NCBI GenBank assembly: GCA_041538025.1
Contig: JBGOEV010000009.1
Location: forward strand, 93-64,092
DNA length: 64,000 bases
Direction of reading: 5' to 3'
Origin: Candidatus Thermosaccharophagus gerlachensis
GTDB taxonomy: Bacteria; Armatimonadota; Fervidibacteria; Fervidibacterales; Thermosaccharophagaceae
This document shows, in pieces, positions 1 to 9,325 of this stretch. The position numbers and the translations under genes are program-made. Within the stretch, counting starts at the first letter, position 1. Each line of letters starts with the position of its first letter. The notes under the pieces are model-generated. The model made no database searches and had not been told where the DNA came from. It saw only the letters and a list, made by a program, of their open reading frames with translations.

Positions 1-789
1 ATTGAGAACTCCATTCACACCTTCATCCTCAAGGAGTGGGAAAGATATCGCGCTTCCTTTGCCACCGTAGCGAAGCCTTTGAGCTATGTATGAATGCTTC
101 ATCATTTCACTGTTGATTATGATCGGCTTCCGCATTTGAATCACAAGCCCAACTATGCCGGTTGTCGGTCTCACCTCAATGTTCCTCGTAGCTAAAGGTA
201 TGCCTACAGCAGAAACAATTCTCAAACAGCCTCGCAACCTATCCGTAACAAGCAACGATGCTGCATTTGAGTTTGTTTGCTCAATTGCAGTTTGAGTCAG
301 GCGCTGCCCAAGTCTCTCAAGGTCAACCTCATGCAGTAATGTTTCGGCTACTTCCGTTCTTGTCCTCAATTGATCAGCGTTGTTTATGATGCTCGCATAC
401 TCACATGCCGTATCCACAACCGATATTAACTCTGCTATTGTGAAAGGTTTGATTAGCACCCAAGGCATACCAACACCAAGCGATTTGACGACAACGTCAC
501 GCAATCCTTGCCCTGTGAGCGCTATCCCAACCAAGTTCGGCAATTTCTCTTTCAGCCTTTGAAAAAGTGAAAAGCCATCGTAGTCTGGAAGAACCCAATC
601 AACAATGGCTATGTCAAATGCTTCCTTCTCTGAAGCCTCTAAGGCTGATGCACCGTTGTTAAACTCAATTACTTCGTGGGAACGACGGCTCAAAGCTCTC
701 CTACAAACTTCCCTCACAGCTTCGTCGTCTTCAATGATAGCGATGCGTAGTTTACCATGGGCTTTCTTTAATCCAAACGCTTCACCCAC
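1..789 (-). CDS. Response regulator with REC receiver domain + GAF domain; the C-terminal part lies outside the window
   Basis: Not in the supplied track because it runs off the edge. My translation of the minus strand from GTG at 789 (in-frame stop at 796-798 upstream) reads VGEAFGLKKAHGKLRIAIIEDDEAVREV...AFDIAIVDWVLPDYDGFSLFQRL...GIALTGQG...VLIKPFTIAEL. That gives the CheY-like DD pocket, phospho-acceptor Asp, and conserved T and K. It continues into GAF-like sequence (LLVTDRLRGCLRIVSAVGIP...GIVGLVIQMRKPIIIN) and is still open at base 1. Confidence 0.75.
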   Translation of the reverse strand, partial: MGEAFGLKKAHGKLRIAIIEDDEAVREVCRRALSRRSHEVIEFNNGASALEASEKEAFDIAIVDWVLPDYDGFSLFQRLKEKLPNLVGIALTGQGLRDVVVKSLGVGMPWVLIKPFTIAELISVVDTACEYASIINNADQLRTRTEVAETLLHEVDLERLGQRLTQTAIEQTNSNAASLLVTDRLRGCLRIVSAVGIPLATRNIEVRPTTGIVGLVIQMRKPIIINSEMMKHSYIAQRLRYGGKGSAISFPLLEDEGVNGVLN

Positions 790-852
790 CCGTTTTCACC
801 CCTGTTATGTTTTTGGCGTGGCGGTAGCTGTGAGTGGTGTTGCCTACACTGT

Positions 853-2637
853 TCAAGCATTGGCTTTATTTGTGGCTCCCTCGCTTTCTGAGTTATCTTC
901 ATGTGATATACGCCTCATTGTCTCTGCGAACTCCTGAGCATATTTAACAAGGTCAGCATGTGAGGCAGTGGCAAGCTTATGGGTGACACTACGGATTCGT
1001 AAAACGAGGTTTTGAACCTTAAGAAGCTCATCCTTTACATCTTCCGCCGTCGTTTCCTCACGCCGCAAAAGCAACTCAATTATTCCGAGTATGCCTTGGG
1101 CTGGGTTATTTATCTCGTGGCATATCCTGTTCACGAACCATTTCAGCATGCGGGTATCAAACATAAGCGAGATGTTAGCCCAAGCCATTTCACCGTTTTC
1201 TTTACTTCTCTCATCTCGCACTATTCTGTTTTTGCCCAGATGCTTTGCAGTTGTTAGAGCTCTATCTGCTGCTTCAAGCAACTTCTCCGGTGTCTCTCCT
1301 GCACTTGGAGCAGTTGCAACTCCTATGCTCGCTGTCAAACGGGTAGCACAACCAAGCACGTTGCTCAAATCCAAGCTTTCAATCAAGCTTCTTGCCCTCT
1401 CAGCAACAACCATCGCCCCAGAAGGTGGTGTCGCTGGAAGGAGTATAGCAAACTCATCGCCACCAAGCCTCGCAACCACATCATACCGCCTGACATGCCT
1501 CCTCAACACGCTACCAACATGCTTTAAGACAATGTCACCTTTTGCATGCCCCAAGAAATCGTTAATAGCTTTAAACCCGTCAAGGTCTATCAAGACAACG
1601 CTTACTGGCAGGTTCATTCGGCGTGCCCTTGCAAGCTCTTCTTCGGTCTTCGCGAGCCAACATTGCCTATTGACCAAGCCAGTTACCGGGTCAGTCCATA
1701 TGGCTCGCTCAAGCACATACATTGATGCAATTCTCTCAATGACAGTCCCAGTGAATGTAGCTATTTGAGCGATCACCTGTTGTTTCCTACCGGGTGGGAA
1801 ATCGTTCCCATCGCCAAAGAGGAAGAATCCTCCTACCGTCCCAGAAGAGTTCGCCACAGAGGCAAAATAATACTTCATGAATTGCGAGAGTATTCGGTGA
1901 ACGTCTTCAATAACGAACGCCTCTAAATCGGAATTGCCCATGTGCGCCTTAAAGTGCTCTTTGAGCCTTTCAATTGCTTCTTTGTCACCGTGCATGATGA
2001 TTGTTTTGACCCTTTTAGTTCGCGGAGAGCATAGGACGAATACCCCAACCTCACACTGTGTTACGAGCAAACCGAGATGTAAAAGCATATCTAAATTCCG
2101 CTCAAGCAGTTGTGATGTGTCAATGCAAACAGTTGATTCAAGGTAGCGCCGTAACGATATATGGTCAGACGGGATCGGTAAGAGGCTAAGGAATAGCTCG
2201 CCCAACTTGCTCGTTATCTGACAAACTGTTTCAACCTCGCTTTGCTTGAACCTTTTCCTTGTCTTGCTTGCCACGCATATAGCACCTATGACATCGTTAA
2301 CGCTTATCATGGGTGAGGCAATCAAAGCGCTGACGCCATATTGCCTTAGCCAATTTAGCTCCTCCTCTGATGCTTTCCCTGAATCTAAAATGATTGCCTT
2401 CCCATCCCGCACCACTTTCTTCGTGAGCTGCATAACACGAGCATCTGCAAGGAGTTGTGCACCATGCCTTGTTAAAGCTTTCTCAACAAGCACATGGGGT
2501 GTGTCTGACAGCTTATCATAAATGACTACTGACCCTATATCGCCATCCACAAGGGTGAAGATGACATCCATGATCAGTTCAAAGAAGTCTTTTGAATGGA
2601 GTTGCGGTGATGGCTGTAACTGTTGGCTCAGTAGCAT
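853..2637 (-). CDS. GAF-domain diguanylate cyclase (GGDEF) with a C-terminal HisKA-like DHp domain and no ATPase domain
   Basis: 594 aa. The N-terminal half is GAF-like. GGDEF domain: TDPVTGLVNRQCW...VVLIDLDGFKAINDFLGHAKGD...RRYDVVARLGGDEFAILLP, with an intact GGDEF and an RxxD I-site 5 residues upstream. C-terminus: ICHEINNPAQGILGIIELLL...LLKVQNLVLRIRSVTHKL (H-box + second helix). The protein then ends without N/G1/F/G2 boxes. Confidence 0.85.
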   Translation of the reverse strand: MLLSQQLQPSPQLHSKDFFELIMDVIFTLVDGDIGSVVIYDKLSDTPHVLVEKALTRHGAQLLADARVMQLTKKVVRDGKAIILDSGKASEEELNWLRQYGVSALIASPMISVNDVIGAICVASKTRKRFKQSEVETVCQITSKLGELFLSLLPIPSDHISLRRYLESTVCIDTSQLLERNLDMLLHLGLLVTQCEVGVFVLCSPRTKRVKTIIMHGDKEAIERLKEHFKAHMGNSDLEAFVIEDVHRILSQFMKYYFASVANSSGTVGGFFLFGDGNDFPPGRKQQVIAQIATFTGTVIERIASMYVLERAIWTDPVTGLVNRQCWLAKTEEELARARRMNLPVSVVLIDLDGFKAINDFLGHAKGDIVLKHVGSVLRRHVRRYDVVARLGGDEFAILLPATPPSGAMVVAERARSLIESLDLSNVLGCATRLTASIGVATAPSAGETPEKLLEAADRALTTAKHLGKNRIVRDERSKENGEMAWANISLMFDTRMLKWFVNRICHEINNPAQGILGIIELLLRREETTAEDVKDELLKVQNLVLRIRSVTHKLATASHADLVKYAQEFAETMRRISHEDNSESEGATNKANA

Positions 2638-2673
2638 TTCTTGCCGCCCTCCTTTGTTGTTTACGATGCCACT

Positions 2674-3447
2674 TCATTCCTCACGCTCAACTATTGAACT
2701 CAAGAACGAATGCGTCATGCCCAAGATTTCCCTTCTGGGATGGCTTGGCTGTTTTGGTTGAATAGATGTTGAACTTATGGGCTCAACGAAGATAATAGCA
2801 TTTCCGGACGGGCTTGTAAACGCCTCTACCTGAGCTATTTCAACAGAGATGCCTTGCCTAAGCAAATAGCGTTGAAGCTCTGCCAAACCTTCCTTTTGCA
2901 CTGTCACAATTGCTACCCTTGGGCGTTCGTTGAAGCCAACTGCAATTTGCTCTTGCGGTTTTGTAGCTCTTTGCTCAGCAGTTGTTTCACCAAAGGCTTG
3001 TTGAAAAACAGTCTCCAAATCGGCTGACTCATCTGCCCACCAGTCCCTTGCTATACGCCGAACATCAGCATATGATAGACCTTCAAGCCATGATGCTACA
3101 AGTATGGCTCTACCAACTGTGAGCACAATTGAACTGGCTGGATTGAAGTCAAAGAGAACTCCAACGCAGTTTCGGTATGCATCTAAAGCGAGCACATCAA
3201 CTTTTTCCCCACCGCGTATCGGCACTTTTACCCCAACAGGAAGCAGATTGCCAATAAACTTCCAAAGCCCTTTCCTGCTCAGAGTCCTTTCAATAAGTGC
3301 TTCCAAACGCGTAACATCAAACTGAATTGTGAAGAACGACAAATCGCCCTCAGTTGGGATATAGATTGCGAATCTCTCAACTCTTGCTCCCTCCATTTGT
3401 TTCTCCTCCGTTACAGAAACAGCTACGGAACTAAACCCGTTAGGCAT
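2674..3447 (-). CDS. Hypothetical protein (no confident family assignment)
   Basis: 257-aa ORF, 36 nt upstream of and co-oriented with the GGDEF gene. I recognise no motif with confidence. A weak PD-(D/E)xK-like strand pattern (EKVDVLALDAYRNCVGVLFDF) lacks the ExK. Confidence 0.5.
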   Translation of the reverse strand: MPNGFSSVAVSVTEEKQMEGARVERFAIYIPTEGDLSFFTIQFDVTRLEALIERTLSRKGLWKFIGNLLPVGVKVPIRGGEKVDVLALDAYRNCVGVLFDFNPASSIVLTVGRAILVASWLEGLSYADVRRIARDWWADESADLETVFQQAFGETTAEQRATKPQEQIAVGFNERPRVAIVTVQKEGLAELQRYLLRQGISVEIAQVEAFTSPSGNAIIFVEPISSTSIQPKQPSHPRREILGMTHSFLSSIVEREE

Positions 3448-3482
3448 CTTACATCAGCAAGTGTAGCACATGCTGACATAGT

Positions 3483-4196
3483 ATGGTAAGTGGGAGGTGG
3501 AAAAGAAAGATGCAAGCGAGCAAACTTAAGACGATGCGCCACAGAGTTTGTGGCGTCTATGTCATCACTGATAGATACATTAACCAAAGGCACGACCATA
3601 TCTCCATAGCTATGGCTGCCATTAAAGGCGGTGCATCAGTTATTCAACTTCGCGACAAAAACGCAACCACAAAACAGCTCCTTGAATGGGCATTTAAATT
3701 GAGGGAGATGACGAATGGCACAAATACGCTTCTCATCATAAATGACCGTGTTGATGTAGCGTTAGCATGCGGTGCAGATGGTGTTCATGTTGGTGATGAA
3801 GACATGCCAGTAGCAGTTGCAAGGAAGTTGGTTGGCAAGAACATGCTCATAGGGAAATCAGTTGATAATGTTGAGCAGGCAGTTGAAGCAGAAAGAGACG
3901 GCGCTGATTATGTTTCCATTGGTGCTATTTTCCCTACATCTACTAAGCCAGATGCTGCTCAAGCTGTGGGGCTTGACATGTTAAGGGCTGTTAAGGTTGC
4001 GGTAAAAATACCAGTTGTTGCAATAGGTGGAATAAACCATGAGAACGCACAGCATGTTATTAAAGCGGGTGCTGATGCAATCGCTGTCATCTCGGCTGTG
4101 GTCAATTCTGACGACCCTTTAAAGGCTGTTGAGGAACTTGTGCGCATATACAAAGCTTGCAAGGGGAATGGAGATGAACATGGTGAAAAAGCTTAA
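3483..4196 (+). CDS. thiE: Thiamine-phosphate synthase
   Basis: VYVITDR...IQLRDK...LIINDRVDVALACGADGVHVGDEDMP...GKSVDNVEQAVEAERDGADYVSIGAIFPTSTKPDA...IPVVAIGGI is the typical ThiE TIM-barrel signature. The true start may be an internal Met (3510 or 3534). Confidence 0.9.
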   Translation: MVSGRWKRKMQASKLKTMRHRVCGVYVITDRYINQRHDHISIAMAAIKGGASVIQLRDKNATTKQLLEWAFKLREMTNGTNTLLIINDRVDVALACGADGVHVGDEDMPVAVARKLVGKNMLIGKSVDNVEQAVEAERDGADYVSIGAIFPTSTKPDAAQAVGLDMLRAVKVAVKIPVVAIGGINHENAQHVIKAGADAIAVISAVVNSDDPLKAVEELVRIYKACKGNGDEHGEKA

Positions 4197-5208
4197 GGAC
4201 ATAGGAGAGTTGAAACTTTTAAGTTGGATATACAGCAAACTTGGTGAGCAGGTCAGGTCAAGGGACGATGTTGTAGTCGGGGTGGGCGATGATGCAGCAG
4301 TCCTTAAAGTTGAGCGAACGAAACAATTAGTCATAACCGTGGATTCGCTTGTTGAAGGTGTTCACTTCTCGCTTGACTACTTCACACCAAGTGATGTTGG
4401 TTGGAAGGCACTTGCAGTCAACCTGAGTGATCTTGCTGCCATGTTTGCGAAACCAATTGCAGCACTCGTTTCGTTTGCCGTGCCAAGCAGCCTACCGTTC
4501 ATGTGGGTAAAGAAGTTTTATCATGGCATGTTTGAGGTGGCAAACGAATTTGGTGTAGCAGTGGTTGGTGGTGATACATCAAGCTCACCGACGAACATTT
4601 TCATCTCCGTGAGCGTCATTGGTGTAAACAATGCCGATACCCCACTTAGGTCTGCAGCTGAGCCGGGAGATGCAGTTATAGTTACTGGCACATTCGGTGA
4701 TTCGGCAATCGGGTTGAGGGTATTAAAGGAGGTAGGCACACATGCTGTCAGGCGCTCAAAAGTTTTGCGTCACCTTGCAATGAGACATCTAAGACCTACA
4801 CCGAGGGTGAATGAAGGGTTAACAGCTGCTTCAACCGGGCTTTGCAAATGCGCGATTGATGTGAGCGATGGTTTAGCGAGCGACCTGACCAAAATAGCCA
4901 AGTTGAGCGGTGCCAGGATTCGCCTGTGGCTCGAGAAGATACCTATGAGCAAGGAGGCAATTGAAGCTTCAAAGTGGTTCAGCTACTCACCTCTTGAGAT
5001 GGCTTTAACTGGTGGCGAGGATTATGAACTAATCATGACTGTCCCAAAAGCACATGCTACATCACTCTGCAAGGCAATCAAAAAGAAGTGTGGAACAAAG
5101 TGCACTATCGTAGGTGAAGTGGAATCGGGAGAACCCGTCGTTTATGGTGTTGATAGTAACGGCAAGTTGGTAGAGGTCTTAGGTGGCTATGAACATTTCG
5201 TCAGTTAG
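4174..5208 (+). CDS. thiL: Thiamine-monophosphate kinase
   Basis: IGELKLLSWI...GDDAAVLKV...VITVDSLVEGVHF...GWKALAVNLSDLAAM...VVGGDTS...TGGEDYELIM is the AIR-synthase-like ThiL pattern. The track ORF starts at 4129. ATG 4174 has AAGGGG 7 nt upstream and overlaps the thiE end. Confidence 0.9.
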   Translation: MNMVKKLKDIGELKLLSWIYSKLGEQVRSRDDVVVGVGDDAAVLKVERTKQLVITVDSLVEGVHFSLDYFTPSDVGWKALAVNLSDLAAMFAKPIAALVSFAVPSSLPFMWVKKFYHGMFEVANEFGVAVVGGDTSSSPTNIFISVSVIGVNNADTPLRSAAEPGDAVIVTGTFGDSAIGLRVLKEVGTHAVRRSKVLRHLAMRHLRPTPRVNEGLTAASTGLCKCAIDVSDGLASDLTKIAKLSGARIRLWLEKIPMSKEAIEASKWFSYSPLEMALTGGEDYELIMTVPKAHATSLCKAIKKKCGTKCTIVGEVESGEPVVYGVDSNGKLVEVLGGYEHFVS

Positions 5209-6223
5209 GTGGCTCAGAACGATAGATGAGTTCTTTGATAACCTGTAAGCGCTCAGAATCGTTTTGCGGAACAAACTTAAGCTTATGCAGTTCCCAAGAG
5301 ATGTCAAATCTTGCTTCTTCACCAAGTCCGAGCTTGAATATCGGACTCATCAGCTCAAGCTCAACATATGGCAATTCATCCGGGTTGGTATAAACCTCAA
5401 TTGTGCATCCACCATCTGGATACACCTCATGCTCTCTGTATTGGGCACGCTGGATAAACACTACATCGCCGTGAAATGAAGCAAGCCAACACTCTTTTGA
5501 GTCAGCACCAACCTTCGTTGCTTTCTTCGGGTCACGGCGTAGAAGCAAGAAATCACCCTCACGTTTACAGTATTCAGGTTCAGCTTTGCTAAGCACAGTG
5601 TATCCTTTCTCAAACTTGCTTTCACGACTTAGGGGCATGATGACTAAATCTGGCGACCGTATCTGCGTGACACTCCATATCAACATCTCCACAAGCGGCA
5701 AGCGTAGTTTTTCCAACCTCTGTTTGATTATGAGTTTTGATGAATCGGCACTCAGTCTTATTTCCCTGACAAGCCATGCACCATAGTGTGGGCTTACGGG
5801 CGTCACAAGTTCAACACCGTCTTGTAGCTCAATCGCTGTGCACTCACCACCGTCAAATGCTTCGTCAGGTGGCCAACTTCTACCCATCACTTCATTCCAT
5901 TGCGCTTGTGGGGCTGGCCATACTTTGTCACCACCAAAGTTTGCCCACTCGTTTGGCTTTGCATCCCTGCGCAGTTTGCCGAACCATTTTTCATTCTCCC
6001 AAAGTATGTTTTCACCATCTACAAACCTATAGCTCATGATGCGCCCTATCTTTGGGACGACTATGACCTCAACGAGCCCGTTCGTTATTCGGTATGATTC
6101 ATCCCAACCACGGTAGTTCAGCTGTTCTACCTTGACCTGTGCGTAGAGTCTCCCCATAAACAACACAACGATTGCGATAAACGCTGTTCGCTTAACCACT
6201 CCGCTCACTCCCCGAGTATGCAT
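5201..6223 (-). CDS. Secreted hypothetical protein, galactose-mutarotase-like (DUF4380-like)
   Basis: Signal-like N-terminus from internal Met (MHTRGVSGVVKRTAFIAIVVLFMGRLYA). Motifs GWDESYRITNG...PKIGRIMSY...NFGGDKVWPAPQ resemble what I recall of DUF4380. The track start at 6289 would overlap the upstream gene by 38 nt. Confidence 0.4.
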   Translation of the reverse strand: MHTRGVSGVVKRTAFIAIVVLFMGRLYAQVKVEQLNYRGWDESYRITNGLVEVIVVPKIGRIMSYRFVDGENILWENEKWFGKLRRDAKPNEWANFGGDKVWPAPQAQWNEVMGRSWPPDEAFDGGECTAIELQDGVELVTPVSPHYGAWLVREIRLSADSSKLIIKQRLEKLRLPLVEMLIWSVTQIRSPDLVIMPLSRESKFEKGYTVLSKAEPEYCKREGDFLLLRRDPKKATKVGADSKECWLASFHGDVVFIQRAQYREHEVYPDGGCTIEVYTNPDELPYVELELMSPIFKLGLGEEARFDISWELHKLKFVPQNDSERLQVIKELIYRSEPPN

Positions 6224-6251
6224 TCGTATGATCCAGCTTGCTTTGCCACTG

Positions 6252-7187
6252 TTAGGAGCTTGAAGAGAGAAGGCGCTTGAAGTATTCAATTGTGATTTTT
6301 AGTCCTTCTTCAAGGGGGACCTTTGGCTCCCAACCAAGTAGCTGTTTTGCCTTGCTTATATCTGGGCAGCGTTGTTTTGGATCATCTTCCGGTAGTGGCT
6401 TAAACTCAATTCTTGATTTGCTCCCCGTAAGGTTGATGATGAGGTTGGCGAGGTCAATAATGCGCACTTCATTTGAATTGCCCAAGTTTATGGGTTGATG
6501 CACATCTGCCTCCATAAGCCTCCTAATACCTTCAACCAAGTCGTCAATGTAGCAAAAAGAACGAGTCTGAGTTCCATCCCCATAGATGGTGAGAGGCTCT
6601 CCCCTTAACGCTTGCCAGATGAAGTTTGGTATAACACGTCCGTCATCTATACGCATGCCAGGTCCATATGTGTTAAAGATGCGTGCGATGCGCGTATCCA
6701 AACCATGGTGGCGATGATAAGCCATAGTGAGTGCCTCAGCAAAGCGTTTTGATTCGTCATATACACTCCGCACGCCAATAGGGTTGACATTACCCCAATA
6801 ACCTTCATCTTGAGGGCTTACGAGTGGATCACCGTAAACCTCAGAGGTTGATGCGAGAATATACTTTGCCCCTTTGGCACGAGCCAAACCGAGCGTGCGC
6901 CATGTGCCAATTGAATTAACAAGCAGTGTCTCAATTGGATAACGCATATAGTGAGCGGGGCTTGCAGGGCTCGCGAAATGTGCAACATAGTCAACATGCC
7001 CATCAATGTAGAGAAAGTTACAGCAGTCGTAACGCATCACTGTGAGTTTGCCATTAAGGTTAGCTATGTTCTCAATGCGCCCCGTTATGAAGTTGTCCAC
7101 AACGATTACCTCGTGACCTTCCTTCAACCACATTTTAACCAAATGCGATCCGATGAAGCCTGCCCCACCAGTTATGACTATGCGCAC
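6252..7187 (-). CDS. uxs: UDP-glucuronate decarboxylase (UDP-xylose synthase), SDR family
   Basis: [16 protein letters not shown]...ASTSEVYG...[11 protein letters not shown]...[11 protein letters not shown]...[36 protein letters not shown]. Contains the Rossmann GxxGxxG and YxxxK motifs, and is UXS-like throughout. Confidence 0.85.
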   Translation of the reverse strand: MRIVITGGAGFIGSHLVKMWLKEGHEVIVVDNFITGRIENIANLNGKLTVMRYDCCNFLYIDGHVDYVAHFASPASPAHYMRYPIETLLVNSIGTWRTLGLARAKGAKYILASTSEVYGDPLVSPQDEGYWGNVNPIGVRSVYDESKRFAEALTMAYHRHHGLDTRIARIFNTYGPGMRIDDGRVIPNFIWQALRGEPLTIYGDGTQTRSFCYIDDLVEGIRRLMEADVHQPINLGNSNEVRIIDLANLIINLTGSKSRIEFKPLPEDDPKQRCPDISKAKQLLGWEPKVPLEEGLKITIEYFKRLLSSSS

Positions 7188-7216
7188 TTATGTTCACCTC
7201 GTAAGCATTGAAAGAG

Positions 7217-8083
7217 TCAAAAGATGGCATTCCTATCAGGTTCAATTTGCTTTATAGCTGCAAGCCCTTCGGAAATGCTTGTGCGAAGCTGTTTTGCAAG
7301 GACTGGTTCTTGGTCTATGAACTGCATCAGTTGAACTTTAAGTTGCTCAGCTTGAGTGCGCAATTCATTAATGCGCTCCTTTATCGGTTTGAACATGATT
7401 CGCCTCTTCCCGAAGAGACCCTTCTCCTCACTTACTTCATAAAGACCACGCTCGGCGAGGAATTGTTGCACATACTGGATGAGATCTCGGTATGCGTCTC
7501 CTGTTAGTTTTGCCCACCCAGTGAGACGACGTATCTCACGAAGAGCAAACTCAATAACTTCCTCAACTGGCGCCGTTTGATCGCCGGGTTTATGTATGAA
7601 CCAAGCCTTTAATGCTCTCCTGAAGCCAACTTCAAGGTTACGTGCAAACGGTGTCCTTGGGAAAGCCCTTACAGGGCGCATGTGCAATTCCCAATCACGC
7701 GGTGGGAATGGAGAGAATGGATCTACATTGCGCTTTTGGATGCTCCATTCAATTGCGCCTTCACAAGATAGCCAGACAAAGGATGCAAAGAACATCTCCT
7801 CAACGAGTTGCTTGTTTGAAACATGGACATCTGATGATGGCACAGGGGAAAAATAAGCCTTCAAGTGCTCCGGAGGCGATTGAACAGGTTCAATAAACAT
7901 ATCCGCAAATGCCAAAACAAGGCACTCTGGTCCAGTAACAGATGGCAATGGCAATTGCAATGCTGGCTCAATAGGCTTGCTCCACCATTCGCTGAAGACT
8001 TGCGTTAGGAAGCGTATAACAGCATAGGAAGCCACGATGACCGCAACTAAGCATATAATTACCAATATCAAGCCCCCAACCAT
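7217..8083 (-). CDS. Hypothetical membrane-anchored protein
   Basis: 288-aa ORF with an N-terminal TM helix (GGLILVIICLVAVIVASYAVI) and a C-terminal coiled-coil-like segment. No family recognised. Confidence 0.5.
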   Translation of the reverse strand: MVGGLILVIICLVAVIVASYAVIRFLTQVFSEWWSKPIEPALQLPLPSVTGPECLVLAFADMFIEPVQSPPEHLKAYFSPVPSSDVHVSNKQLVEEMFFASFVWLSCEGAIEWSIQKRNVDPFSPFPPRDWELHMRPVRAFPRTPFARNLEVGFRRALKAWFIHKPGDQTAPVEEVIEFALREIRRLTGWAKLTGDAYRDLIQYVQQFLAERGLYEVSEEKGLFGKRRIMFKPIKERINELRTQAEQLKVQLMQFIDQEPVLAKQLRTSISEGLAAIKQIEPDRNAIF

Positions 8084-8133
8084 TGTTCCCTCTGTTCACC
8101 ACCGACAGACTCAATCGCGGTGTCTCCGTATGC

Positions 8134-9129
8134 TTACTCATAAATTTCTGGATTGACTATGTTTGGTGGGCGCTCGCCCCGTAACACTGCCAGCACATTC
8201 TCAACAGCCATGAGTGCCATCTTCGTTCTTGTCTCAATTGATGCACTCCCGATATGCGGAAGGAGAACAACATTCTCCATTTCAAGAAGCTCTGGCTCGA
8301 CCTTAGGTTCGTTCTCATACACATCCAAGCCCGCACCTGCTATCTTTTTTTCTTTGAGAGCCCTCACAAGCGCTTTCTCATCAACAACAGGTCCTCGTGA
8401 AGTGTTGATGAGGAAAGCAGTTCGTTTCATAAGGTCAAATTCTCTGTCGCTGAACATGTGATATGTTTTGTTTGGTCCATGTGTTATAAGTGGCACATGT
8501 ATGGTGACGAAGTCAGCCTCCCTAAGCAACTCATCAAACGGCACATATTTTGCTCGTAGTGCTCTTTCAACCTCCTCATCAGCTCGCACCATGTCATAGT
8601 AAATGACACGCATGTCAAAGCCCCACGCTCTCCTCGCAACTGCTTTTCCTATTCGCCCAAATCCGACTATCCCAAGAACCTTGCCCCATACATCTGCACC
8701 AAGAAATTGCATTGGACCCCATCCGTTCCACTTACCAGAGCGCAGAAAACGTTCGGCTTCATTCAAGCGCCTCGCGACAGCCATCATCAGCGCCCATGCT
8801 AAGTCAGCCGTTGTCTCGGTGAGCACACCAGGTGTGTTCGTAACTGGTATTTTGCGCTTTGTAGCTTCAGCAACATCTATGTTGTTGAACCCAACAGCGT
8901 AGTTTGCGATGATCTTCAAATTCGGATTTGAATCCATCACTTCGCTATCAATCGTATCGGTGAGCAAGCAAATAAGAGCATCACACCACTTAACACCTTC
9001 AAGTAGCTCTTCCCGTTCAATTGCATGGTCATGTGGGTAAATCCTCACCTCAGAAACTTCAGGGGCACTCCGAAGCCTTTCAATCGCTGGCTCCGGCAAC
9101 ATGCGTGTTACAAACACCTTATAACCCAT
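8134..9129 (-). CDS. D-isomer-specific 2-hydroxyacid dehydrogenase (glyoxylate/hydroxypyruvate reductase-like)
   Basis: MGYKVFVTRMLPEPAIERL...LGIVGFGRIGKAVARRA...FVTIHVPL...INTSRGPVVDEKAL...GAGLDVYENEP...LPHIGSAS. Start placed at the internal Met, which has GGGGGTGG upstream. The track start is 9201. Confidence 0.8.
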   Translation of the reverse strand: MGYKVFVTRMLPEPAIERLRSAPEVSEVRIYPHDHAIEREELLEGVKWCDALICLLTDTIDSEVMDSNPNLKIIANYAVGFNNIDVAEATKRKIPVTNTPGVLTETTADLAWALMMAVARRLNEAERFLRSGKWNGWGPMQFLGADVWGKVLGIVGFGRIGKAVARRAWGFDMRVIYYDMVRADEEVERALRAKYVPFDELLREADFVTIHVPLITHGPNKTYHMFSDREFDLMKRTAFLINTSRGPVVDEKALVRALKEKKIAGAGLDVYENEPKVEPELLEMENVVLLPHIGSASIETRTKMALMAVENVLAVLRGERPPNIVNPEIYE

Positions 9130-9240
9130 TCTTCCGCCACCCCCTGTGATGTTTTCATCTGCACCAAGCGTCCCAAATGATATTGTCAGCTCATTTTCCA
9201 TTATGCGTCACCCTGCTCACGAGATACGCACTGCCAAAGC

Positions 9241-9267
9241 GAAACTGAAGTTTCCCGTAAGTGTCCA
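9241..9267 (+). promoter_or_regulatory. Weak ECF-type promoter candidate (GAAAC-N16-TGTCCAA) upstream of the orphan anti-sigma gene
   Basis: gcGAAACtgaagtttcccgtaagTGTCCAAg. It has the same AAC-N17-GTC spacing and GTCyAA tail as the stronger sites at 49931 and 23335, and lies about 60 nt upstream of ATG 9326. Confidence 0.3.
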
Positions 9268-9325
9268 AGTTAATTGAGAATTCAATAGCTTGAGCAAACT
9301 TACCATAGCATGCGGGGGATAGAAG

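Noticed and set aside
1091-1768. Long ORFs antisense to confidently assigned genes: 1091-1768, 11268-11942, 16715-17308, 23895-24686, 25568-26284, 27308-27808, 43187-43723 and 55751-56308.
   Set aside because: Each lies entirely inside, and opposite to, a gene with clear family motifs (GGDEF, HypF, IlvD, GalT with HPHCQ, secretin, FtsY, CobA/HemD). Their translations are low-complexity and Ser/Pro/Leu-rich with no motifs. They are typical shadow ORFs.
2674-3447. Possible PD-(D/E)xK (NucS/DUF91-like) nuclease in the hypothetical protein upstream of the GGDEF gene (…GGEKVDVLALDAYRNCVGVLFDF…).
   Set aside because: The strand pattern is suggestive, but the catalytic (D/E)xK is missing (FDF instead) and no other nuclease motif is visible. 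Left as hypothetical.
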